NCBI GenBank assembly: GCA_963770565.1
Contig: CAVYQE010000011.1
Coordinates: 480,001-544,000 of the forward strand
Direction: 5' to 3'
DNA length: 64,000 bases
Source: an uncultured Actinomycetota bacterium
GTDB lineage: Bacteria; Actinomycetota; Actinomycetes; JAFAQI01
Each line of letters starts with the position of its first letter. The first letter of the stretch is position 1. The notes under the pieces were generated by a model. The model worked only from the letters and a program-made list of their open reading frames with translations, made no database searches and was not told where the DNA came from. The translations under genes were made by a program, and so were the position numbers. Positions 29,420 through 38,577 of this stretch are shown piece by piece.

Positions 29420-29556
29420 ATCCCGCCGCGCACGGCGTGATCGATCCAGTTGAGGCCCACCTTGTCAGGTCTGCGAGCAGCACGCATCTCAACGTGGACA
29501 AATCACCTGACGATCGAGGACCAAGGCAGTGCTGTGGACGGATTTGGCCCGCGCAC

Positions 29557-30201
29557 TCAGGGGCGGGTGGCCTCGCAGACGAACCAGTCGTGCTCGATCG
29601 GGGTCACGGTCGCCCGCCAGCCCAGCTCCTCCAGCTGCCCGATCAACCGGTCCGGCTCGTAGAAGATCTTGACCAGCTGGTGCTGCGAGCCATCGGCGAG
29701 CGTGCGGGTCGCGACCGTGCCTTCGAGTCTGGTCTCGTGGATCGCGCGGAGCGGTAGCTCGTCGAGGACCAGCACCCGGCCGCCGGGCTTGACCGCCCGC
29801 GCGACGAGGGCCCAGAACTCCGCGAACAGCTCCGGCGGCACGTGCGAGAGCCAGGCGGCGAAGAAGACGACGTCGTACGTCGCCGTCGGCGACCACTCGA
29901 AGATGTCGGAGCACACGAACTCGACGCTCGACCTGGCCAGGCGCTGCTTGGCCAGCGCGAGCATCTCGGGTGCACCGTCGACGGCGGTGAGGGTCTTCGC
30001 GTGCCGTACGAGCTCGACGGTCCAGAGTCCGGTCCCACACGCCAGCTCGAGGACGTCGCCGGTCGCCGCGAGGCGGTCGACGATCTGGGGGACCGAGTCA
30101 CGCTCGCGGGTCAGGACGCCGTAGCTGGTTTCGTCGTACTCGGCGGCCCGGGCCCGGTAGTAACGAAGCTGCCGGTCCATGCGGTCGTCGGTCGGTGGCA
30201 T
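29557..30201 (-). CDS. Class I SAM-dependent methyltransferase
   Basis: YYRARAAEYD, VLELACGTG, WLSHVP and KPGG. Confidence 0.9.
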   Translation of the reverse strand: MPPTDDRMDRQLRYYRARAAEYDETSYGVLTRERDSVPQIVDRLAATGDVLELACGTGLWTVELVRHAKTLTAVDGAPEMLALAKQRLARSSVEFVCSDIFEWSPTATYDVVFFAAWLSHVPPELFAEFWALVARAVKPGGRVLVLDELPLRAIHETRLEGTVATRTLADGSQHQLVKIFYEPDRLIGQLEELGWRATVTPIEHDWFVCEATRP

Positions 30202-30212
30202 GGTCGGCCGGC

Positions 30213-31244
30213 TCAGAGCTCCGCCCGCAGGATCGCGGCCGCGCCGGACATCGCGCGCATCTTGCCGGCGGCCGAGTCCCGGGGCAGGTACTTCATCCCG
30301 CAGTCGGTTGCGATCACGATCTGCTCCGGCGGCAGGTAGTCGAAAGCGCGCCGGGTGCGTTCGGCGACCAGCTCCGCGCTCTCCACCTCGGGCGTCGAAA
30401 GGTCGATCACGCCGAGCACGATCGTCTTCTCCGACAGGTCGGCGAGCACGCCGAGGTCCAGACCAGACTGCGCGGTCTCGATCGAGATCTGGTCGGTCGA
30501 GCAGCCAGCCAGCTCGGGCAGGAACGAGTAGCCCTCGGGACGTTCGTGGATGATCGCGGCGTAGCCGAAGCACAGGTGTACGACGGTTGTGCCGGTCACG
30601 CCGTCCAGGGCAGCATTGAGGGCGGCGAGACCGTAGGCGCGCGCGGCGTCCGGACGGGCCTGCAGGTACGGCTCGTCGATCTGTACGATGTCCGCGCCCG
30701 CGGCGAACAGGTCACGGACCTCGGCGTTGACCGCGGCGGCGTACGCCATGGCCGCGGCCTCCGGGTCGGCGTAGTGCTCGATCTGTGCCTGCTGAGACAT
30801 CGTGAACGGCCCGGGCACGGTCATCTTGATCGTGCGGTCTGTGTTGGCCCGCAGGAAGCGGATGTCGTCGACCTCGACCGGATGCGGCCGGTGAATCGGA
30901 CCGACCACGCGAGGGACCGGGTTGGGATGGCCGCTGCGGTCCAGCGCCGTACCCGGGTTGTCGATGTCGACCCCGTCGAGCGCAGTCGCGAAGTGGTTGG
31001 AGTAGCTCTCGCGGCGCATCTCGCCGTCGGTGATGATGTCGAGCCCGGCCTGCTCCTGGGCGCGGATCGCGAGCAGGGTCGCGTCGTCCTGAGCCTGCGC
31101 GAGGTATTCCGGCTCGACCCGCCAGAGCTCCTTGGCCCGCACCCGGGGCGGGAACCGGCCGGCCAGCTTGGCTCGGTCGATCAGCCACTCGGGCTGGGCG
31201 TAGCTGCCGACGAGCGACGTCGGCAGGATGGGGAGCTCAGGCAC
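30213..31244 (-). CDS. Second cobalamin-independent methionine synthase II family protein
   Basis: TSLVGSYAQP, TDGEMRRESY and QIDEP; Zn ligands HLCFG, IET and TDCGM. Confidence 0.88.
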   Translation of the reverse strand: MPELPILPTSLVGSYAQPEWLIDRAKLAGRFPPRVRAKELWRVEPEYLAQAQDDATLLAIRAQEQAGLDIITDGEMRRESYSNHFATALDGVDIDNPGTALDRSGHPNPVPRVVGPIHRPHPVEVDDIRFLRANTDRTIKMTVPGPFTMSQQAQIEHYADPEAAAMAYAAAVNAEVRDLFAAGADIVQIDEPYLQARPDAARAYGLAALNAALDGVTGTTVVHLCFGYAAIIHERPEGYSFLPELAGCSTDQISIETAQSGLDLGVLADLSEKTIVLGVIDLSTPEVESAELVAERTRRAFDYLPPEQIVIATDCGMKYLPRDSAAGKMRAMSGAAAILRAEL

Positions 31245-31309
31245 GGCGGCCTCCGGTTTGTCCGGGAATCGGTTTGCGGGCCATCATTGCAGGCCTCTGA
31301 CGCGGCGGC

Positions 31310-33307
31310 TCAGGCCGCGGCCAGCTCAGCCGGAAGCGGCTCGCTGTGCACCACGTCCAGCGACGAGACGGCCCGGGTCAGCGCGACGTACAGCCAGTGC
31401 AGGCCGCGGTCATGCGCGCGCACGACCGCCGCCGGTTCGACCACGATCACATGGTCGAACTCCAAGCCCTTGCACAACGTGATCGGGACCAGCTCGACCC
31501 GGGCGTCCATCCCGTCCTCGACCCGCGCGGTCTCGACGCCGGCCCGGGCGAGCGCCCGGCTGGCCTCGGCCAGGTCGCCGGCCGCGGCGATGACTCCGAT
31601 CGAGCCCTCCTGCGCGAGCCGGTCGGTCACCGCCTCGACGACGGTGGCGGGCAGGGATGTCGACGACCGCACGCGCAGTGACGCTGCGGCGTGCCGGATC
31701 GAGATGGCTGGCTCGACGTCGACCGCGAGCGCCGGCAGCAACCGGTTGGCCAGGTCGAGCACCTCCTGCGGCACTCGGTAGCCGCGGGTGAGGGCGACCA
31801 GCGACGCGGCCGGCTTGCCCAGGTGGCGCAGGGTCTCGGGCCAGTTCGCGAGGGCATCGGGCGCGGTCGCCTGCGCGATGTCGCCGAGCACGGTCGCCGA
31901 GCCGGTGTCGCAGCGCCGGCCGAGCGCGCGGCACTGCATCGCGGAGAGGTCCTGTGCCTCGTCGACAACGACATGGCCGTACGACGTGGGTCGCGAGACG
32001 TGCGCGGCGACCTCGTCGACCAGGAACGCGTCCGCCCGCGACCAGCGGGCCCGTGCGGTCGCCGCCGGTTGGGCGTGGTCGAGCAGCAGCTTCTGCTCGC
32101 CGGCGTCGAGCACCCCATCGGCGACGTGCGCGAGCCCGTGCTCGTCGCTGAGCAGCCTGGTCACCAGGTGCTTCGGCGCGACCGCGGGCCAGTGCGTATC
32201 GACGAACTCGCGAATCGGTGCCGACCGGGCCAGCCGGGTCACCCACCGGTCGTCCGGCGATCCACCGGTGCTCTCGGCCCGGCGACGAACGGTCTCCGCG
32301 ATCAGGGTCGGCAGCCGCGAACGGATCACGCCGTACGGCTGGCCGGTTGCGAGCTCGCGCTGCATCAGGTCGGCGGTCTCGTCGGCCGGCAGCCGCCAGC
32401 GCCGCGAGCCGACCGGGACGACCAGCGACTGGGTCGGTAGGACGATCCCGGCCCGCACCGCGGTGTCGATGACCGTGGCGAAGCGCGGATCGCCCTTCAA
32501 CCGGGCCACTTCCGGACGGTCCTGGCCGCGCACGGTGACACCCGCGACCAGTTCGTCGACCACGACCTGCGCCACGTCCACCTCGCCGAGAGCCGGCAGC
32601 AGCTCGCCGATGTAGGAGAGGAACGCGCGGTTCGGCCCGACCACCAGCACCCGGCTCTTCCGGAGCTGGTCGCGGTGGGTGTAGAGCAGGTACGCCGCGC
32701 GGTGCAGGCCGACCGCCGTCTTTCCGGTGCCGGGCGCCCCCTGGATGCAGGTGGTCTGCGCGAGCGGGGCCCGCACCAGGTTGTCCTGGTCGGGCGCGAT
32801 CGTGGCCACGATGTCGCGCATCGGTCCGACCCGCGGCCGTTCGATCTCGGCGGTGAGGATCCGGCTGTCGGAGACGCCGTGCTCGTCGCCGGCGGTGAGC
32901 CGTTCGTCCTCGAGCGAGGTCAGCGTGCCGGCCGAGTGCCCGAACCGCCGCCGCATCGCGACATCCATCGGCTCGGTCGCGGTGGCTTGGTAGAACGCCA
33001 GCGACACGTCGGCGCGCCAGTCGACCACCACCACGTCGCCCGCGTCGTTGCGCACGTGCCGACGGCCGACGTGGAAGGCCTCGCCGGTCGAGTCGCGGTC
33101 GATCCGGCCGAAGAACAGCGGCACGCCGGGCACTTCGCGCAGGGCGTCGGCGCGGCGGGCGAGCTCGGACTTCAGGAACTCGGTCGAGACCGGGTCGCCG
33201 CCCTGCGGGTCGAGCGAGCGCACCGATTCGAGCATGTCGGCGAGGCATCGTCGGGCATAGCCGAGGTACTTCGCCTCGGCCGCCAGAGTGGCTTCCGGGG
33301 TGGCCAT
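31310..33307 (-). CDS. HelD-family (UvrD-like SF1) ATPase/helicase
   Basis: FFGRID, VVDWRA, MRDIVATI, Walker A GAPGTGKT, HRAAYL, DEAQD, KGLEFD and YVALTRA. Confidence 0.88.
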   Translation of the reverse strand: MATPEATLAAEAKYLGYARRCLADMLESVRSLDPQGGDPVSTEFLKSELARRADALREVPGVPLFFGRIDRDSTGEAFHVGRRHVRNDAGDVVVVDWRADVSLAFYQATATEPMDVAMRRRFGHSAGTLTSLEDERLTAGDEHGVSDSRILTAEIERPRVGPMRDIVATIAPDQDNLVRAPLAQTTCIQGAPGTGKTAVGLHRAAYLLYTHRDQLRKSRVLVVGPNRAFLSYIGELLPALGEVDVAQVVVDELVAGVTVRGQDRPEVARLKGDPRFATVIDTAVRAGIVLPTQSLVVPVGSRRWRLPADETADLMQRELATGQPYGVIRSRLPTLIAETVRRRAESTGGSPDDRWVTRLARSAPIREFVDTHWPAVAPKHLVTRLLSDEHGLAHVADGVLDAGEQKLLLDHAQPAATARARWSRADAFLVDEVAAHVSRPTSYGHVVVDEAQDLSAMQCRALGRRCDTGSATVLGDIAQATAPDALANWPETLRHLGKPAASLVALTRGYRVPQEVLDLANRLLPALAVDVEPAISIRHAAASLRVRSSTSLPATVVEAVTDRLAQEGSIGVIAAAGDLAEASRALARAGVETARVEDGMDARVELVPITLCKGLEFDHVIVVEPAAVVRAHDRGLHWLYVALTRAVSSLDVVHSEPLPAELAAA

Positions 33308-33409
33308 CGACGTCGGTTTCGGGACTGGTTGATGAGCAGGCGACACGAGTCGAGAACTGTAGTCCTGTCCGGCGCGGCGTCCAAGCGCCATGTCGGCGTC
33401 AGGTGAATG

Positions 33410-34804
33410 TCATTCGCCCGGATGGTCGTCGTCCGGGTCGTCCGGGTCGTCCGGGTCGTCCGGGTCGTCCGACTCGTCGCCGGCGAGGCGGTATGGCGCG
33501 ATCAACCTGGTGGTGCCGGCCGGCGTGGTCCATGCGGTGTAGCCGTTAGGCAGCTTCGCGACTTTCCAGTCGGCGTGGGTCTTGCAGCGATGGTGGCGGC
33601 GGCAGCGCGGGCACATGTTCTCTTCGTCCGTTGCGCCGCCGGAGCCGTGCGCTTTCGTGTGTTCGGCGTCGCAGCGCTCCGCAGGGATCGGACAACCAGG
33701 AAAGTCGCAGGCCGGGGTGGCGGCTCGGAGGAATCGGCGCAGCACCGCCTTGGGTCGGTAGGTGGCTTGGCCGATCGCGATCAGCGCGCCGGTGTCGTCG
33801 GCGGTGAGGAAGCGGTGCCATTCGCCGTCGGCCGCGAGCTCGCGCAGGTGCTCGGCGGTGATCGGGCCGTATCCGGTCAGCTCACCCGGGTCGTCGCGGA
33901 GGCCGAGCAGGGTCTTGATCCCACCGGTCACCTGAACTGTGACCTTGCCTCGGACCGCCGGGCTGACGTCGTCGCTCGCAAGCGCCGAGGCACACAGGTC
34001 GATGAGCGCGTCGGCCCGGGCCTGGTCCATGGTCCGGCCCTCGGTCAGGGCGCCGGCCTTCACTTGCTCGCGGTCGCCGGCCTTGTAACCCTGGGCGATC
34101 TTGGTGAGCGCGTTCATCGCGGTGATCGCCGCCTCGGCCGGGACCTCCGCGTAGAGCGCAGCCATCCCGTCCGGCAACGGCCAGAATGCAACCCGCCGGT
34201 CCGCAACTGCGCGTTGCCGCTTGGCTTCCGCGGCCGTGGTGTCAGCTTTGAGGACCTCCCGGCGCAGCTTGCGCCGCCAGGCGGGGAGGTCTCGGTCGAT
34301 GTCCCAGGTGGCCATCATCGCCCGGTCGACGTCCACTCGGGCCCAGGCGGGGAGCGCGGCGGTAGCGTCGGCGACTGCCCGGGCCATCAGCCAGCTGATC
34401 GCCCCGCGCTCGAGTGCGCTCCGGACTCCCGCTAGCTCTCGGACCACGGTCCGCGCGGTGGTCAGCTCGTTCGCGGCGCTGTTCAGGGACAAGCCGGTGA
34501 CCAGCGCGACGACCTCCTGGCCGAAGTCGTCGACCCCGAACGGCCCGGACACCTGCTCGTGCTCGGTGGTCGCATCGACCATCGCCTCCGCGCGGCGCAG
34601 TGCAGTCCAGGCCGAGAACCGGTCCCAGCAGCCGAGCACCCGCTCCCGATCGGCGTCGGACAGCTCTTCCTCGCGCAGGTGATCCAGGACGGAGAGCATC
34701 CACGCCCCGGGCCGCTCCACCTCTAGATGGTCGAGCAGCTCGCCCGGGGTGGCGCCGAGCAGCACAGCGAGCTGCGCTGGTACGTCGTACTCGCTTTCGA
34801 ACAC
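33410..34804 (-). CDS. DUF222 (13E12 repeat family) protein with C-terminal HNH motif
   Basis: Begins VFESE; DGMAAL, RTMDQARADAL, GYGPI, YRP, CDFPGC..CDAEH..GGAT..N..PRCRRHHRCKT. Confidence 0.88.
   Translation of the reverse strand: MFESEYDVPAQLAVLLGATPGELLDHLEVERPGAWMLSVLDHLREEELSDADRERVLGCWDRFSAWTALRRAEAMVDATTEHEQVSGPFGVDDFGQEVVALVTGLSLNSAANELTTARTVVRELAGVRSALERGAISWLMARAVADATAALPAWARVDVDRAMMATWDIDRDLPAWRRKLRREVLKADTTAAEAKRQRAVADRRVAFWPLPDGMAALYAEVPAEAAITAMNALTKIAQGYKAGDREQVKAGALTEGRTMDQARADALIDLCASALASDDVSPAVRGKVTVQVTGGIKTLLGLRDDPGELTGYGPITAEHLRELAADGEWHRFLTADDTGALIAIGQATYRPKAVLRRFLRAATPACDFPGCPIPAERCDAEHTKAHGSGGATDEENMCPRCRRHHRCKTHADWKVAKLPNGYTAWTTPAGTTRLIAPYRLAGDESDDPDDPDDPDDPDDDHPGE
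33428..33471. repeat. 9-bp tandem repeat encoding (DDP)n at the C-terminus of the HNH gene
   Basis: GTCGTCCGG four times plus one near-complete copy. Confidence 0.85.
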
Positions 34805-34812
34805 GTGTTCGA
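34797..34812. promoter_or_regulatory. LexA (SOS) box
   Basis: Perfect palindrome TCGAACACGTGTTCGA matching the actinobacterial consensus TCGAAC-N4-GTTCGA, overlapping the GTG start. Confidence 0.88.
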
Positions 34813-34833
34813 CGCTAACGCCTGCCACCGACA
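34812..34833 (-). promoter_or_regulatory. RecA-NDp / PafBC-type DNA-damage promoter
   Basis: Minus strand reads TGTCGG-TGGCAGGCGT-TAGCGT, matching TGTCGG-N10-TA-N3-T; the -10 ends 7 nt before the start codon, suggesting a leaderless mRNA. Confidence 0.8.
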
Positions 34834-35023
34834 AGAAAGGACCAGCTATCCACTGGCGCTGAGGCGCCGCCGCCCCGCGCGTGAATGCCAGAGACGAGTG
34901 GACTGGCAGGGGGCAACGCCGACCGCACACTGCTGCAGGTCGGCCGGTGGCGGAGGAGTGGGTCCACGGTGTCGGAGGGGTAGGGCAGGGTGGACCGAGA
35001 CCTGCAATGGAGAGGACACGCTG

Positions 35024-35542
35024 ATGGTCGAGGACCTGGTCGACTCCCGCCGTACCGAGCCGGCTTACGGCCTGCCCGAGCGGGCGATGCTCGAGGCCTG
35101 GCTCGAGTTCCACCGCACGACCCTGTTGCTCAAGTGCGAAGGGCTCGATGACGCGCAGCGCAAGGCCCGCCCGGTCGCGACGTCGAACCTCTCGCTGCAC
35201 GGCCTGGTCCGGCACATGGCGGAGGTGGAGCGCAACTGGTTCAGCCGGGTGCTGTCGGAGTCGGGCGCGAATCCGATCTGGTACGACCCCGACGTCGAGG
35301 ACAGCGAGATGGTGCCGCTCGACCACGCCGACTGGGCGGCGGACCTGGCTGCATGGGAGGCCGAGTGCGCGCACAGCCGGCAGGCGGCCGCGGAGCGCGG
35401 GCTCGACGACAGCGGGCGCCGGCGCAACGGCGACGTGGTGACGCTTCGCTGGATCTACGTGCACATGATCGAGGAGTATGCCCGCCACAACGGGCACGCG
35501 GACCTGATCCGCGAGCTCATCGACGGCGCCGTCGGCTGGTAG
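35024..35542 (+). CDS. DinB/DUF664 family protein
   Basis: ERAMLEAWLEFHR, SLHGLVRHMAEVERNWF and HMIEEYARHNGHADLIRE. Confidence 0.9.
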   Translation: MVEDLVDSRRTEPAYGLPERAMLEAWLEFHRTTLLLKCEGLDDAQRKARPVATSNLSLHGLVRHMAEVERNWFSRVLSESGANPIWYDPDVEDSEMVPLDHADWAADLAAWEAECAHSRQAAAERGLDDSGRRRNGDVVTLRWIYVHMIEEYARHNGHADLIRELIDGAVGW

Positions 35543-35957
35543 CCCGGCGGCCCGGGTCGGCGAGCAGCCCGAGGCCGATCCCGAGCATCCAGACGTCCTT
35601 GCTGACTGCCATCCCGGCCGGGGTCGGCCAGACGCTGCCCGGCTTGTGCATCGTCGGCGTTCGCCAGTACATCGCCAGCAGGGCGCCGGAGAACCCCGTC
35701 AACGCGAGACCGGCCAGGCGATTGGACGTGAGCGGGTTCAGCAACAGCGCGCCGGTCGCCAGCTCACCGGTCGCCAGCATCTTCAGGAACGCAGTTGACG
35801 GGATCGGCTCGAGGACCGGGAAGGCTCCGGAGGCCATGGTGTGAACACCGGCCGCGCGCTCGGGGGTGCCGTGCCACTTCTCGAAGCTGGCATGCGCGAT
35901 GTAGGCGCCGGTGGCTACCCGGCCCGGGACGTTCCTGGCCTTGATCCGCCACCTCAT
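35517..35957 (-). CDS. DoxX-like membrane protein
   Basis: RVATGAYI, hydrophobic segments and G.AVSKDVWMLGIG. Confidence 0.7.
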   Translation of the reverse strand: MRWRIKARNVPGRVATGAYIAHASFEKWHGTPERAAGVHTMASGAFPVLEPIPSTAFLKMLATGELATGALLLNPLTSNRLAGLALTGFSGALLAMYWRTPTMHKPGSVWPTPAGMAVSKDVWMLGIGLGLLADPGRRATSRRRRR

Positions 35958-35979
35958 CGGCAAGGTCCGGCCGAGCAAT

Positions 35980-36774
35980 TCATACGCCGGGGAAGATCCG
36001 GCGCAACACATCCAGGTCGATGCCCTCCGCCTTGAGCGGCGGCGTGTGCTCGGGATCGAGCCGACCGTAGACGAGCCGGATCAACGCCTCTGCAGGCAGC
36101 TCCAGGCCCGCTACTCCGGAGCCGGCCGCATCGTCAGGTTCGGCCGCGACGAGCGAGACGCCGTCGTCGCTTGCGGTCAGCCGCAACGAGCGACTCGGGT
36201 CGGTGGTGGTGATCGACACCTCGACCGGCTCGTCCGGTGCCTTGCCGGCCCGAGCCGCGAGCTGGCCGAGAGGGTCGATCAGCAGGTCCACACCCGCCGG
36301 TGAGAGCGTCGCGGCCGGGTCGAGTGCGACCGCGACGTCCCAGGTGTGCAGGACGTGCTCACCGAGCCGCAACCGGGCGACATCGGCGATTCGCTGATGG
36401 CCGCCGAACATCTCGAGTTCCCAGGTCTCCCGAGCGTCCTCGTCGAGCTCCTGGAGCAGCCCGAGGAACGCGGCGTCCGCGCTGAGGCTGTCCTTGGCCT
36501 GGTCGGAGGGTGTCTTGGCGTTCCACTCGTCCCAGATCGGTTGGATCTCCTCCATGCCGGGCGCCGGCGAACCGCTCGTGCCGGCCTTCACGAACAGCGC
36601 AAAGATCACCGCGCCGGACCCGAGATGGGACAGGACCTGCGCAATCGACCATTCGCCGTCGTACGACGGGGCCTCGACGGCATCGCCGCTCAGCGGAGCG
36701 ACGAGATCCGAAAGGCGCCGTTGTGATTCGCGCAGCGCTGCGAACCAGTCAAGCGTCGAAGGGGGAGAAGTCAT
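35980..36774 (-). CDS. Mycothiol-dependent maleylpyruvate isomerase family protein
   Basis: WSIAQVLSHL, EHVLHTWDV and C-terminal LVYGR. Confidence 0.85.
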   Translation of the reverse strand: MTSPPSTLDWFAALRESQRRLSDLVAPLSGDAVEAPSYDGEWSIAQVLSHLGSGAVIFALFVKAGTSGSPAPGMEEIQPIWDEWNAKTPSDQAKDSLSADAAFLGLLQELDEDARETWELEMFGGHQRIADVARLRLGEHVLHTWDVAVALDPAATLSPAGVDLLIDPLGQLAARAGKAPDEPVEVSITTTDPSRSLRLTASDDGVSLVAAEPDDAAGSGVAGLELPAEALIRLVYGRLDPEHTPPLKAEGIDLDVLRRIFPGV

Positions 36775-36829
36775 GGGCCAAGGGTACTTGCGCCCGCAAC
36801 TGACAATTCGGGCGACCCCGCCGCGCGGC

Positions 36830-38254
36830 TCAGCTCGCGACGAGCGACCGTACCGCGCTCACCAGCGCGGCCAGGCCGGCCTTGGCGTCGGCGAAGTACA
36901 TCCCGGTCTTCGGGTTGGTGAACAGCTCGTTGTCGATGCCGGCGTAGCCGTGACCCATCGAGCGCTTCATCACTACGATGCTCTTCGCCTGGTCGACGTC
37001 GAGGATCGGCATCCCGGCAATCACCGAGTCGGTTCGGCGGGCGGCCGGGTTGACGACGTCGTTGGCCCCGATGACGAGCGCCACGTCCGCGCGCGCGAAC
37101 TCCGGGTTGATCTCGTCCATCTCTTTCAGCAGCGGGTAGGGCACGTTGGCTTCGGCGAGGAGGACGTTCATGTGTCCCGGCATCCGGCCCGCCACCGGAT
37201 GGATCGCGTAGGAGACGTCGACGCCGCGCTGCTCGAGCAGGTCGGCGAGGGCGGCCAACTCGTGCTGCGCCTGTGCGACCGCAAGCCCGTAGCCCGGCAC
37301 GAAGATCACCTTCTGCGCGTATGCCAGCTGGAGCGCGACATCGTCGGCCTCGACCGCCCGGACGGTCTCTCCGGCGCCGACGACGGCAACCCCGGTGCTG
37401 TCCGCAGCGCCGAACCCGCCGACGATGATGTTGCGGATCGAGCGGTTCATCGCGGTAGCCATCAGCTTGGTGAGGATGCTGCCGGAGGCACCGACCAGCG
37501 CGCCGGCGATGATCAGCACACTGTTGTCGATGACGAAGCCGGCCATCGCGACCGCGGTGCCGGTGAAGGCGTTGAGCAGCGAGATCACGACCGGCATGTC
37601 CGCGCCGCCGATCGGCATCACCATCGTCACGCCGAAGATCAGCCCGAGGACGAGGAAGGCGACGAGCGCCAGGGTCGCCCGGTGGTCGCCCCAGATCAGG
37701 TAACCGCCGCTCCCCAGCGCTCCCAGCACGAGGACCGCGTTCATCGCGCGGACTGCGGGGAAGGTCACGGGCGCGCTGGTGATGAGGCCCTGCAGCTTGC
37801 CGGCCGCGATCAGCGATCCGCTGAAGGTGACCGCGCCGATGATCACGTCCAGCACGGTCGCGACGGTGGCGCGGGTGCCGAGCTCGGCGCCGTGGATGCT
37901 GACGACCCGCACGAACTCGGTGATCGCCACCAGTGCGGCTGCACCACCGCCGGCAGCATTGAACAGACTGACCAGCTGAGGCATGTCGGTCATGTGCACG
38001 GTGCGCGCGCCGACCAACCCGGCGATGCCGCCGACCAGGATGCCCGCGACGACGATGATCCAGCCGGTGGCCGAGATCGTGCCCCGATGCGCGACGAACG
38101 CGATCGTCACGACGATGGCGAGGGTCATGCCGGCGGCCGACACCGTGTTGCCGTGCCGGGCCCGGGCGGGGGAGTTCATCAGATGCAGGCCGAGCACGAA
38201 GCAGACCGCAGAGACGAGGTACGCCAGGCGCACGACTGTGTCGAAGTCGCTCAC
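36830..38254 (-). CDS. pntB: NAD(P) transhydrogenase beta subunit
   Basis: MPQLV, IGGADMPVVISLLN, VPGYGLAVAQAQ, HPVAGRMPGHMN and GANDVVNP. Confidence 0.96.
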   Translation of the reverse strand: MSDFDTVVRLAYLVSAVCFVLGLHLMNSPARARHGNTVSAAGMTLAIVVTIAFVAHRGTISATGWIIVVAGILVGGIAGLVGARTVHMTDMPQLVSLFNAAGGGAAALVAITEFVRVVSIHGAELGTRATVATVLDVIIGAVTFSGSLIAAGKLQGLITSAPVTFPAVRAMNAVLVLGALGSGGYLIWGDHRATLALVAFLVLGLIFGVTMVMPIGGADMPVVISLLNAFTGTAVAMAGFVIDNSVLIIAGALVGASGSILTKLMATAMNRSIRNIIVGGFGAADSTGVAVVGAGETVRAVEADDVALQLAYAQKVIFVPGYGLAVAQAQHELAALADLLEQRGVDVSYAIHPVAGRMPGHMNVLLAEANVPYPLLKEMDEINPEFARADVALVIGANDVVNPAARRTDSVIAGMPILDVDQAKSIVVMKRSMGHGYAGIDNELFTNPKTGMYFADAKAGLAALVSAVRSLVAS

Positions 38255-38577
38255 TTCGCAGGGCCGGCTTCGGAGTCGCTGGACGGGGCAGGAGCCGGTC
38301 GGCGGCGGAACATCTGCAGCATCCGGTCGGTGACGACGTACCCGCCGACGACGTTGGCGGTCGCAAAGGCCACGGCAATGAACGCCAGGATGTAGCCGAG
38401 CGGGTTGTGCGCGGTCGAGGCGGCGAGGATCGCGCCGACCAGCACCACGCCGTGGATCGAGTTGGCGCCCGACATCAGCGGCGTGTGCAGCGTCGCCGGC
38501 ACCTTGCTGATCACCTCGAACCCGACCAGCAGGCTCAGCACGAAGATGCTGAGGTCGGAGAGCAGCGCGGCGCTCAT
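38251..38577 (-). CDS. pntA: NAD(P) transhydrogenase alpha subunit, membrane part
   Basis: LHTPLMSGANSIHG and NVVGGYVVTDRML. Confidence 0.93.
   Translation of the reverse strand: MSAALLSDLSIFVLSLLVGFEVISKVPATLHTPLMSGANSIHGVVLVGAILAASTAHNPLGYILAFIAVAFATANVVGGYVVTDRMLQMFRRRPAPAPSSDSEAGPAK

Noticed and set aside
33308-33409. Rifamycin-associated element upstream of the HelD-like gene (HelR call)
   Set aside because: No matching inverted repeat was seen, so the gene is left as generic HelD family.
33428-33471. 9-bp tandem repeat as a regulatory or phase-variable element
   Set aside because: The unit is a multiple of 3 and only encodes an acidic DDP tail.
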